In this document: positions 1 through 11,584 of the stretch, piece by piece
Layout of the letters: every line of letters begins with the position of its first letter
Numbering within the stretch: the first letter of the stretch is position 1
From: Paraglomus brasilianum
Taxonomy: Eukaryota
Reading direction: 5' to 3'
DNA length: 33,746 nt
Assembly: GCA_910592345.1 (NCBI GenBank)
Contig: CAJVPI010000353.1
Span: forward strand, 1 to 33,746
Program-made: the position numbers and the translations under genes
Notes under the pieces: model-generated
The model's input: only the letters and a program-made list of their open reading frames with translations
Told to the model about the DNA's origin: nothing
The model's database searches: none

Positions 1-30
1 TGGGATAAGGGTCGCTTATATATCTTTAGC

Positions 31-174
31 GACACTCAAAAATCGAAACGGAGTTAAAATTAGTTAACAATCGTAATCTCTATGAAGAACCAATCATATT
101 ATTTAGCTAATTGTGTTTGTACTGACACGCAAAAATCGAAACGTTTCTGCGCCTGACACTCAAAATTCGACACG
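31..174. repeat. Three imperfect ~20-bp direct repeats (GACACTCAAAAATCGAAACG-like)
   Basis: Copies at 31-50 (gacactcaaaaatcgaaacg), 124-143 (gacacgcaaaaatcgaaacg) and 155-174 (gacactcaaaattcgacacg), unevenly spaced. Confidence 0.75.
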
Positions 175-769
175 GTGCCTAAAACGCAACTATCCTAAAA
201 TTAGTGTCGTCGATCATGGGATTTTGCTTGACTGCGGAGGAAGATTTTACCATGTGACTCACTTAATCGGCTTGCCGTAACAACAATATCAGTCAGAATT
301 ATTAAAATACCTTATTAAAGTAATTGAAACGCTTGATGAATCACCTAATAAGCTTTGCAGAAATCACACGTTTATGCGCGTCTAGATTAATGCGTTTAAG
401 TGCTCGGGTAGCTGTTGACTAGTAATCGTTTGAATATGCTTGACAAAACGCGTTATAAGCATTTGCAGAATTTATTCAGCGTTTGCGTTAGATTTCAGCA
501 AACAAATTTCCTGATGTATTAGCTGTGCCTCCCCCTCCTCCCAATAAATCCGTTTTATGAACATGTATGGAGATAGATAAAAACAGCTTAAACTGGGCTT
601 TAGCGAACATCCCGTTGCGAATAAAAGTTCCTCGCGATAGTTATTAGCTGTGTCACACATGGCGATCAAATTCCATCGAGGAATACGTCACCAAATTTCG
701 TCATCATATCACATCAACATTTCGTATAAAAGAACTATTACATAAGCTACCTAATTTGACTCTCAAAAA

Positions 770-2193
770 ATGTCTACAACAGAATTTGAGACTTTTGCAG
801 GTGCTCGTCGAGGTTCCTCAGCTTCTGCTCTAAGCAGTTTCTCAATTACTGTCTCTTCTCAAAGTTTTCGTAGAAGCTCAGTGACTTCCTTATTATTATC
901 TAGATCATCAAGACGCGAATAAGCTGGCATTTCAAGAGTGCATTGAAATTATCGATGCTAATGTGGAAGAAGTCATTACCAACAAAGCCGATGCAAGAGA
1001 GAAGAAATGGTGGAAAGATGGAAATTACCATATTATTGATGAAGAAAGGTGAGATCATACACCACATAAATTCGAGTCCTACTGTTCATGCTAAAATTTC
1101 TTCCATTTTATTAGACTCCCTCCGATCCTTGTGGAAGATGTAAGCTATGAAAAGTTCGAAAAAAAATGTGAATGCGCAAATGCATCAAAATTCTGGGAAT
1201 TTCGGGATGGAACTGTAGTCATAATTGAATTGCCAAAACGTGATCATGAGGTGGCACATTGTGCACTTACCAAACAGTTTACACGTCAGGACCCTCAGGA
1301 TGCAATTGATTATGCCGGATCAGCAAGTACTGTATATACTCTTTACATATAGTTTGTGGATTTATATTATATATTAAACCTAACTCTTGCATTCATATGC
1401 AGCTTGTTTTGCTAATCCAGGATGTAGAGTAGTCAGGGGACCTAGCAAACAAGCAGATGCTTCATTTGTACCAAAACTTCTACCTAAGTCAGCAAACCCA
1501 TCTGATCCCGAGGTATTGTTTATTGAACTATTTTACTGAGTATATATAAGGATCAATCAGAATTTGTAATGGTTTATACTTTATAGGGTAACCCTTGGCC
1601 AACTGTTATTGTTGAGGCTGCTGGTACACAAAGCCTTGCAAGTATAATATATAAGACCACCCAATTCTGGTTGGCCCCGAATCATGTTGAAGATGTTATT
1701 GTATTGAAATTATGGAAATGGAATTCAAGGAGGGCTCAAAACGGAACGCCCTTGCGCCATTTAACAGTTTAGTATTATTCTTTGGTACCATTTTATTTAT
1801 TTTATTCAACTAATAATTATTCTATGTTTCTGGTAGTGCTATAAATTCTGTCGTAGAAGAAGCCCTCAAAATGCAAGTGGAAACTACTTACCAGTTCAAA
1901 CAGTAAGAATTAGTGTATTTTTTGACAGATTAAGATGATTATGATCTCTATTTGTTTTGTTTACAATATCACTTTATATATTGATTTTTTAGATTGAATT
2001 TGGAACCATTGATAGAAGACATCAACAATACAATGGATGCACTGCTGTGGGAATGTGCACTTTGAATATTTCACCAGATTGCATTTTCAGAGGCTGTCCT
2101 CGCCAAAATCCACCACTCCCACCATACCCAATCGCAAATAATGTGGTCCTTGATTTGTTTCATGTTCAACAAGTGATATTTCGTGTTATATAG
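770..2193 (+). CDS. Uma2-like (PD-(D/E)XK restriction-endonuclease-fold) protein, six exons; apparent frameshift near 885-891, so possibly a pseudogene
   Basis: Manual GT-AG splicing gives exons ~770-1048, 1115-1326, 1403-1512, 1587-1766, 1837-1902 and 1993-2193, all in phase. Product includes WEFRDGTVVIIELPKRDHEVAH, KQADASFVP, PWPTVIVEAAGTQSL, IEFGT and VLDLFHVQQVIF*. The ATG770 frame stops at TAA 920-922, and the downstream coding frame has TGA at 882-884. Confidence 0.7.
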
Positions 2194-2348
2194 AATTTTT
2201 ATGCACAATGTAGTTGGTCTGTGAAAAAACGCTAACACGCTTGATAAAATCTGCATGTCTCAACACATGACCAGATATCTTATTATTATGTAGTTTTATG
2301 TGAGATATAAAGGAAGAATAAAACACGACCATACCAATGTTACCGAGA

Positions 2349-3678
2349 AATTTAAAACCTTGGAGGGCTATCCCTGACACTAACAACATTAGGTCTGAAA
2401 AAGACAAAGTTTTATATTGATGCTGAGTCGCCCAACTCGAATTTCTACTCTTTTTCTGCTGCCATGATATTAGTTGATCCGGCCGCCGGTTGCTGCGACT
2501 AGGAATATGGATTCGATACAGTCTGTTCAGACTACTAGTACGAGTCTCTCCACAATTTTAGTCTCAACACCAGTATACACAATCACCACAATCACCCACT
2601 CGGTATTTTTTATAACGTGCGCGCGTAACAATAAGTTGTTTATATTGACTGGAATAGACTTTTGTACTTTATAATCATGTATCGAAAACTGCTGTGTCTT
2701 GAATTCGGACGACTCCTAACAAAAGAAGTATATGTCTTGTGCTTGTCATATCCCAGTTCTCATTACAACATATGCCATATATGCCTAAACTTTCAAATTT
2801 CACCTTACAGGTTATATTCAATTTCTTTGTTCTTATTGCCCTCGCTTTGATATGTGCTGTTGGAAGTGCGATATCTTCTGCAAAATTGTCAGCTAAAACG
2901 AACGGGATAGCCACTATGTTATTAGATTCTAATCGGGATAGCGTTGCGTTTGCAGCTTTTCTAACCTTCTGGTAAAGTATGACCCTGCAATAACAATTCA
3001 CTTCCCCAAAGCTCGAAAAAAATCACTAAAAACGCTTTCTGTACATTCAACAGGGCAAGTCTGATTATCTTCCAAAACATTATTCCCATATCACTGTATA
3101 TTTCTATCGAATTTGTAAAGACCTTTCAAGTAAGTTGGCTCACAATATGCCCGATGCGATATAATAATAACCTACCAATGATCCAATCAGGCGTATTTTA
3201 TTTATAATGACCTCAACATGTGGGATGAAGACTCACAAACTTCTTGTGTTCCCAAATCTGTCCAATTTTTTCAGCTAATCGCTAATGATGCATTTCTCCT
3301 TTCCAGTGGAATCTATCCGATGGGCCAGATAGAATATGTCTTCTCTGACAAAACCGGAACACTTAATGCAATTTCGTGAATGTTCGATTAATAGTAAAAC
3401 CTACGGACATAATGGATGGGCCGGTAAAACCGATGCCGAAAAAGAAAAGAAGTATTGCGAGGGCAATGAACAGACGCCAGAAACAATAGGCAAGACCCAG
3501 AAGACATATGGCGATCTTATATCACTGAAAACGAGAAAGGTCTTTGCACCCAAATATGCAAGTACGGATCCAAGCATCTTGACTTTTGTCGATCCAGAGC
3601 TCTTCAAAGATCTACAACGTGTGAGGAACAAGGACAACGGCTTGGGGAAAGTAACAGAAAAAAGAATTTTTTACGCTC
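2349..3678 (+). pseudogene. Decayed fragment of a P4-type ATPase (phospholipid flippase, Dnf1/Dnf2-like)
   Basis: Segments in the correct order: NLKPWRAIPDT; KFYIDAESPNSNFYSF; INNLLLRAHVIKNTEWVIVVIVYTGVETKI (inverted, minus strand); LNS..TPNKR; two TM helices with FQNIIPISLYISIEFVKTFQ (PISL at 3085-3096); AYFIYNDLNMWD; WNLSD/GQIEYVFSDKTGTL (DKTGT at 3347-3361); MQFRECSI; LTFVDPELFKDL; KEFFTL. Introns are retained, several small frameshifting deletions are present, and both ends are truncated. Confidence 0.9.
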
Positions 3679-3679
3679 T

Positions 3680-4409
3680 CGGAGTTAACAATATCCATAT
3701 AACTTCAGTTCAGGATACACCAGCCTCACCTCCCAGCTCCCCATCTCCCGGTTCCAAATCGTCGGGTCGCGATTTGATGCACTATCTGGATTCACCGGTT
3801 CATGAAAAAATCGATTTAAACGATTTAGAAAATACGTTATTTAGGGAGAAAAAAAAATCAAAAAATTGATATCAACTGATTTTACAATGTATCATTCAAA
3901 AAAATTTTATAATAAATGATTTGTAAAATTTTCATTGGAATTTTTGACGACGGCCGTCGCTGAAATTTTTACTAATTTAGTTACGCATTTTAAATAAATA
4001 ATAAATATATAAAATCTATTACTACTACTAAAACATGCAATCCGAGGTTGATTCATTAAAACACCGAATTTCTGAGCTTGAAGCCGAAAAGGCTGAGCTC
4101 GAAGCCAAGAATGCCGAGCTTTTAAAACGGGTTATGGAAGAGAGCACCAAACGCGAAGCTGAGAATGTTGAGCTCAAAGCCAGGATCACCAAATTGGAAC
4201 AGACCGCAGAAGAAAATACTGAGCTTAAAGATAGAATCACGAAATTGGAACAGAAACAGACGCAGGCTATTACTAATAAACAGGAGCCATCTACTACAAA
4301 AGATATTTCACCACTTATCGAGAGCCATTCTGATGAGGAGAAAGGCATTACTCCTAATCCCTTGCCTGAAATAGAATTACCACAAGATATTATCGATGAC
4401 GATTCCTAG
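3680..4409 (+). mobile_element. Probable fragment of a dispersed repeat or mobile element, abutting the truncated flippase
   Basis: Flippase homology stops abruptly at ~3678. It is followed by intronless sequence, an AT-rich spacer containing the palindrome CGACGGCCGTCG, and a coiled-coil ORF of a type I recall as multi-copy in arbuscular mycorrhizal fungi. No transposase, TIRs or target-site duplication seen. Confidence 0.35.
4035..4409 (+). CDS. Intronless coiled-coil protein (MQSEVDSLKHRISELEAEKAELEAKNAELLK...), probably 3'-truncated
   Basis: 124-aa ORF with heptad periodicity and an internal repeat (ENVELKARITKLEQ / ENTELKDRITKLEQ). Family assignment is from recall only. Confidence 0.55.
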   Translation: MQSEVDSLKHRISELEAEKAELEAKNAELLKRVMEESTKREAENVELKARITKLEQTAEENTELKDRITKLEQKQTQAITNKQEPSTTKDISPLIESHSDEEKGITPNPLPEIELPQDIIDDDS

Positions 4410-4508
4410 ATTTAAAATACTGTATTGAATCTCTGCGCATTGTTACACAAAAATTAATTACACCAAGTATTTTCCGCGTGCTTTTTTCTATCGCTCTTTC
4501 AACGTATC

Positions 4509-5061
4509 ATGGTCAAGTGGATAGCTACAGCAACAGGGGTCCTTGTTTCTGGGGCTTTTATTTACCAATTCAGGCATGATATTGACAGCAACACTGCTCG
4601 AATTAGACATCATTTGCTAACGACACAGAATCATTTGGAAGCGGGCTTACCCGGACACTTAAAGTCTGCGACGGTATGAACATGCTGTTCTAAACCATAG
4701 ACATGGACTGATGATATATCATCGTTCAGACTCTTGTTCTCTTAATTATGTACTGGGTTATGTTGACACTTTCCAATTCAATCAATCTAATCCCCTCCTT
4801 TTATCGTAGTTGCCGCCTCCTCCATCAGGTCCCAAACAACTACCTCCTAATGACCGTCCGCAACTCCCCCTTCCATCAATATCGCAATTGCGAACATATA
4901 TGACCAACAGATTGTTTCCAACCTTCAAGTCTTTGTGGAATGACCACATAACTGGTTTAGCTCGGGACTTGAATGAATTAACAGCAAAGGACGCCTACAA
5001 TTCAGTTACGAATGTTTATGCAGCAGTGAAGGATCGGAATTCCAACGGCAATAATAAATAG
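4509..5061 (+). CDS. Small membrane protein resembling MICOS subunit Mic12/Aim5 (138 aa, two exons)
   Basis: Exon 1 is 4509-4673 (MVKWIATATGVLVSGAFIYQFRHD..., Gly-containing TM helix). The GT-AG intron is 4674-4809. Exon 2 is 4810-5061 and contains FKSLWNDHI, matching the K-x-x-WN motif of Mic12/QIL1. Confidence 0.6.
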
Positions 5062-5403
5062 TAAGGAGGAGTAAGAAATCGAATAAGACATTGGACTTAT
5101 AACAGGAATTAAAGTCACTAATATTCAGCAACCAAAAAGATAGAAGAATAAGTTATTTCTCTAAACGCCTAGAAACCGCACACTGATTATGTTGCAACCG
5201 ATGGGCAGTTGTCAATTAAATGTGTACCAATCATAACAAATCACCCATTTAATGAAGAAGCGTCATTCTATTCGAGGAAACATTTTATGGTACATTTATT
5301 AGTTCAACTCATCTGATCTTTTAAGTTATTGAATTATTTAACGTTATTATATCAACTATATCTGTGTCTGTATCTACGTGATCGATGGTCGCTACCGCTT
5401 ACT

Positions 5404-8400
5404 CTATTCGTAATCGTCAAAGGAAACACGTAATCGCATTCCTGTAGACATCATTAAACCCATCACGGATTCTTTTTCAGTATCTGTCATTGATGACATG
5501 GTAAATGCTTCTAATATCAGACCTGTAAAGAAAAGAATATTCATTGATAAAGGAATACAACCATAAGGAACATGTTAATAACAAGTGTTGATACAAGTAT
5601 TGTCATACTTTTGGCCCAAGGACATTCGCGTAGAGCACGGAAATAAATAGCTTTTGCTCTCTCGAAATCCCCGATATGCTTTTCGAAATTAATATATAAA
5701 CTCCAAATGGCTACGGAATGTCGTGATCTAGATACAAATAAATAAAAATAAGTACAACATATACGCATATCGGTTAGTATTGTTCGAATAACATACTCAT
5801 ATGATACTTACTTTGGACATTCAGTAGCACGTTCAAATAGCGATCGGATAAAATTCACGTTATAATTTTGATGTCGACGCATCTCCGCGTACAAAGCGAA
5901 AGTCCATAACACGTGATTAGGATTGCTACAAACATGTTAGTTCTACAAATACAGCGGATAGATACAGTACAATGATATATAATAATACACAAACATTTAC
6001 CTTGCAAGTGCTGTGTCCAACTGAGACCTAACGCGCCCGGCAATTTTAGATCTTTCCTCGTTGGCTAAATACAAGGAAAGAAATATAACATTGCTAGAAA
6101 ATGTAGATAACGCTCGTTCAAGTACGTTGCGCAGTACTTTCGGTTGAAATAATGTGCTCGTGTTCATGTGCTGATATATAAGTTTGACGTATGTGTTAAT
6201 GTGGTCAAGGGTTCAATTGAGAAGATAAACACAACACAAAAACTTTTCTGATCCGTCAAACTCTTGGTGACAGCCAATACATTGAATAAAGGATATGTAA
6301 TGTACGTTAACTCGCAATTAACATTATCTAATTCTCCTAAAGTTTCGAATGAGCTTATTAGACGGTCAAATATTTCACAAGCTTTCCCCAATCCTGAATT
6401 AAGGTATTGCATCAGGGCAAAGCAACAGCATCGCTCCAATTGTACTCGCGCGTCTCTTAATGTCGAGAGAGATGCCAACTGTTCCATTTGTCGTTCATAG
6501 TACTACGGTAGCAGAGCACGAGAACGTCAGAAATAATACGTCAAACATAAAATGTCATACAAAAATGTCATCCACATACTCTCCGAGCTTTCAACAACTT
6601 AACCATACTTGGAGCCTCCGTCAATATCGTACCTAAAAGGGGTATCGACTGTTAGAGACTACCTTCTTTAAAGTCTATATTTTGGGTATCAAATCAACTA
6701 ACGCACCAAAGCCAGTATTGGATATAGCTTCTTCACTTTGCAATTGAAGGATGTCTATTAAAAAGCCAGTCAAGGAATCCAACTATCACAACAGTTAAAT
6801 AATTAACGTCCTAGTAAACGAATACGTTGTAGTAAAAGGATACTTAGGGCAGCAGTTCTCTCTCCCTGTTCTATTTCTAACTCAGCAAACATGCGATAAA
6901 GGAAAGGAACATCAATTTCGCATTCTTTGCCATAGGAACGCCCCATGGCAATTGCAGTCTTATATATCTCACGGGCCTAGCCATCGAGATAAAGCATGTA
7001 CGGATTAGAGGAGAGTTGGGAAACAATAACAATATAATGATAAATGTAAATACACGATACTTTGTCAATATTTCCTTGGGATTTTTCAAGTTGCGCATAC
7101 CAGTTCCATAGCAATAGATTTGAGCGATCAGTACTTAATAACTCTTTCGCAAGCTTTACTCTATAAGAATGACGGCATTAAATTTACTTATTAACGAACT
7201 TTAATATTTCACAGTAGCAAACATGCATAGACGATTTTTCAACAACTGACCCTTGAGAGCTACCAATAAAGTGAGGCGGCACTAAATTCCAGACATGCAC
7301 TCCAATGTTCTTTGTAAGATTTTTCAGTTGCACAAAAGCTTCTCTATGAAAACACGGAAATCTCATTAGTCAACCTTCTACTGACTGTCACGCTTTGTTT
7401 CAAACTTACCCGGCAAATTCCACATCTGCATTACTTATATCCAAATCGTCATACATAGCAAACCATTTCCCATTATTAAATAAGTTATCAATTTGCTGAG
7501 GGAAAACTTTTATTGGGAAATCCAAATATTTCCATCCCAGATTACTCCTTTCTTTTGTCTTGTTGCTCATTGTTCCAGGCGCAACATCTTCATCCGGCTC
7601 GCCCAAAGCATGAAAGAATTTCTCCTTCATTATAACCTCATGTCCCGCCTCGCAATGCAAAAAAGAGTCCATAAAAAGGCTATGCTTTGAATCAATACAA
7701 GGATTGAAATTCAAACCAAGATAATTGAAACATCCATATATCAGTTGTGTCTTTGCTGCCTGCGTGCTGATGGGGAAAATATAATTTCGTATATCATCAA
7801 ATAGGACTAGTCGAAAAGGATCCTCGGTAGAAGCATCCGTGTCGGCAAGAAGGTCATCAGTACGCAAAGAATAACGATAGACGCTATCAAGAGCTTGCTC
7901 CTGATAAAGCCACGACTTGAATTTGTCTTCAGATGAAGGAAGAGAATCGAGATTTATTGATGGAGTTTTTTGTAGTAAAGTTGTTGAACCATCTAGCAAA
8001 TATTGTTGTGACCAGATTAGAAAGTGTTCGGAAAATAAAGTTAAATATATGATGAGCGTTTACCGTTGTTGTAATAAAACGACCATCCTTGTGCTCCCTG
8101 TCAGAAAGTAAAAGTGTATTTAGCTTGCAAGGAATGGCAAAATCATGTTCAATTATCGGTTGTTGATTCCTCGTTATATGCACCTTCTCTCCAAAGCGTG
8201 GCCTTTCACTTCCCCAAAATTCTTCCAGTCCTTCTGTGATATCCTCAAAATTAGACGATTGTAATTCGTTGGGCGTAAAAAAGGTTATTTCCATCATTGC
8301 TTGCCAACAAGCATATGCCTTTTCAGTAAATCCTACAAAACAGTGAAAGATAGTTTGATAACTAAATTCAGTATACAAACATGTACCTAATAAACGTGTG

Positions 8401-10322
8401 CTGCACGTACATACCTGAGTCTCTTAGGAAGAAGCAGACACGCATAAAGACGCGTAACAAAGCCTGTTCAATGCGTTCAGAGTCTATAGTGAGAAGACCA
8501 TTGTGAATATAGATGCTACTCATACAATTATATATTTAAATATGTTTTCACGCTCATATTACCGTCGTATAACTGTTGTTTCAGTACAGCAATACACTGT
8601 GCGTAAGCATCTTCACAATTCTTCACCGTGAACCCACTAAGAAGTGTTTGTCTAAAGTCAATGTACTCCATCCATAAAGACACTGACTGTGAATGTGCTG
8701 CCATGACTTCATCCCATTTCCCAAGTAGTTCTGGTGTCCTATGAATATGCTTTTAATATATCAGGACTCAGTAATAATAATGTTGTTAATAACATACAAT
8801 GGGCTGAGTTACTTACTTCCATAATCTCTCAGCACACTTGAGATAACCCAGCAATAATTTCTCATTATCCGGATTAGCAGTCAGGGCTTTTTCATAAATG
8901 CTGAGCTTGACTTCATTGACACTAGAAGTCGTGGCACCAGATGTTAACTTTTTGCCTATCTGCATTGCCTTATCTTGGAATTCGATAAACTCAATCCATA
9001 AATCGACATCTTGAGAATGCTAAATGTACAGATAGTTAATAATAATAAACATATAAATAATAACATACTGTGTATGAACATAAGTTATTTACTTCTGCAA
9101 GTTGCAACGTATACTCTTTGATCTTTTGGCGGACCAACTTGTCCTGAGGTGCAATATCTTCGACTTCCATAAATAGCATATTTGCATCTCCATCGTTAGA
9201 TTTCGCTCCCAGTGTAATATCTCTGTAATCCGGGAGACCACTGTCTTCTGTCTGCTTAGTATCTTCATCATCATCCAGTGGAACGAAATCATTAATCCAG
9301 AATGGTGTGGAATCATGTGATTTCCGTATTGGGAGTCTACATTGTCCGTAATATGCGTCAATAGAGAACTAATAATACCCAAGTATATATAGTAATATTC
9401 GAAACCTTTCTGTTTCACGTCCATTATCCTTTGATGCTAGTATGTGATGCATATACCGCGTATTCTATTCAGGTAAAACAAAACTCAATTAGTTATGTAA
9501 TGTCTCTAAAAAAGCATAGAATTGTACTGTTTTTTACACACTTTTTTATCTTTTTTTGAATAATTAATATCTTCGATAGTCTCAGCAGCACTTTCCTGTC
9601 TCTTACGACTTATTCTATAATTTGGAGGCAAGCCAAGGACTTTTCCTCCTGATAAAACAATCCACATTGAATGGCTCGCGTTATAATTACATTCTGCAAC
9701 ATTGAGATGACCGTAATGCATTACCTCCAGAACGACGGTATCGCGGTACTTCATACTTGTAAGTACCACCATAAACGAGATTACTCGTGTCTTCTCTTCG
9801 ATCAATAAAATAGGTTCCAGTATCTAAAGAAAATCTTATAAAGAATGCGTAACATTAGTTACACTTGAAAACATTCTAACTCAAGATACATTTGTAAAGT
9901 ACCTCTCAGATCGAGAAATCTCAGTAGGCTTCTTTCGAATCTACACAAAGCACGTTACTGATAAGGATCGTTAACAAACGGGTTGGACTGATCAATTGGA
10001 ATTTCTGCCATACCTTGTCTTTATCTTCTTTTCTATGCTTTTTATCCTTTCGTTTTCGATCGGATTTATCTTTGCGCCGCTCCCGACTGCGATTCCTTCT
10101 TCGTTCCGATGCCGATCTGTCCTTCCGTGCACGTTCTTCCTTATGACTTTTATATCGATCATCGTCCGAAGAGTGGGAAGAGGAAGAGGAGTAATGTCGG
10201 CGTTTTTCACGACGAGTATGTGGAGCAAGTCCTCCACCTGAACTAGAGGGCTGCGAAAGGAGGCTGGGAAAAGAGAGGAACTTGGGAACGTTCTCTGTAG
10301 GAACTTCTTGATCCGAAGACAT
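5404..10322 (-). CDS. NRDE2: NRDE-2 family protein (nuclear RNA processing, splicing, RNAi), multi-exon
   Basis: Basic R/K/S-rich N-terminus, then DVDLWIEFIEFQD, YEKALTANPDNEKLLLGYL, EKAYACWQAMMEITFF, FWGSERPRFGEK, DPFRLVLFDDI, KELLSTDRSNLLLWNWYAQLE and WSLYINFE...RAKAIYFRALRECPWAK. Last exon ends MRLRVSFDDYE* (stop 5404-5406). Confidence 0.9.
6193..6296 (-). other. U12-type AT-AC intron (104 nt) in NRDE2
   Basis: On the minus strand: 5' end ATATCCTTT, branch site CCCTTGAC ~11 nt before a terminal AC. Removal restores CELTYIT-YVKLIYQH...VLRNVLERAL; without splicing the frame stops at 6164. Confidence 0.88.
6755..6843 (-). other. U12-type GT-AG intron (89 nt) in NRDE2
   Basis: On the minus strand: 5' end GTATCCTTTT, branch site TTCCTTGAC 14 nt before the end of the intron (TAG). 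Splicing gives FAELEIEQGERTAAL-NILQL in frame. Confidence 0.88.
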
Positions 10323-11584
10323 GAATATGCATAAGTTGAATTGGGGTGAGGATTAATATTAATATAGTTTGGTTTTGTGTAACATAAGCAACGTGACGCG
10401 GTATATTTATTTCATGAAGCAATCGAATATATCTCCTGATCAAGTTCTTCGCGTGGTTGTAGAACTCCTTGGACTGTTATAACTTTTTATAACGGATCAG
10501 CGCGTCGGTACCTGGGATAGAGATGTATATATTAATTCGATTAAGTAAGCCCGTATCAAACTTTTTCACCGTCTCTCCACCTACAGAAATCATTAACATT
10601 AGTCTTCATAGTTTCAATTACAACATTTTTCTGATAAACAGCCCCATTGATTTTGATGTTGAAGGCAGTTTCGAACCCGACTTTTACCACGCATGCTATC
10701 CCAGTGTATCAATGGCCTCGGCATATCCTAGACATATTTCCAACTAAAATTAGACGACTAAAACTTCCTCTTTATTGTTTGCTATGTAGTTAATCATGTA
10801 CTGTATCTGAATCTATTTTCGTGTAATATGTTAAATAGCTTTAGCACGATCACATTTAGCTTGGCATTAAATATAATGTGAAAAGTTCTTAGCAGTCTCT
10901 GGTGTGAAAGATTTGCTCATGAAATGAGAAATTCTGTAGTTATTGCTTAGCCAGAAAATTCAAAGCAATATCCTCCACACTGAAAGTAAAGTACTAAAAG
11001 ACAAAGACGTATATCGGTAAATCCCAAAGAATGTCGAAATCAAGCAAAAGGTAATTAGGGAATAAAATTGATACATCCTGGAATCGTAAAACGTTAACAG
11101 AAACCAAGCAACGTTAAGAAAGGAACTCAACTGGGATATCGCTGAAGTAATAACTATATTTGCGGCAGTTTTGTACTGAGGAGGACAAACCTTCCGACCT
11201 CAGATTATAATTCTATCAAGTCAAATAAATTGCCACTTTATTTCTTCCAGCATAAATGACAACCTGTTATTATGTTTTACTCTAGTACATTATGAATTAT
11301 GTGCACAACGTTGAAAAGGTTTGTTCATCACGCGCGGTTTGCATTACAATAACGACTTTGATCATTTCCCCCGATAGATAGTAAATTTGTATTCCTCCTC
11401 GTCACAGCAACTTGTATTTTTTTTTTTGTTTCTCGGAAAGTATGCAGTATGTAATGGAACAAAAACATGTCAGATATGAATTGATTATTATGATTACAAG
11501 ATCACACTAAAATACATTTGATAAATAGTTATCTTTCAGCCAAAGGTCATTTATCGCACTCATTGGAAAAGCCATTTGTCAAAC

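Noticed and set aside
31..174. Possible CRISPR-like array
   Set aside because: Only three imperfect copies with very uneven gaps, no cas genes, and a eukaryotic context.
2675..3001. 108-aa minus-strand ORF and the overlapping short ORFs at 2474-2975
   Set aside because: They are shadows or pieces of the flippase pseudogene.
10440..10760. Coding-looking stretch upstream of NRDE2, including ORF 10523-10747
   Set aside because: No recognisable motif or consistent spliced model; it may be UTR or a decayed fragment.
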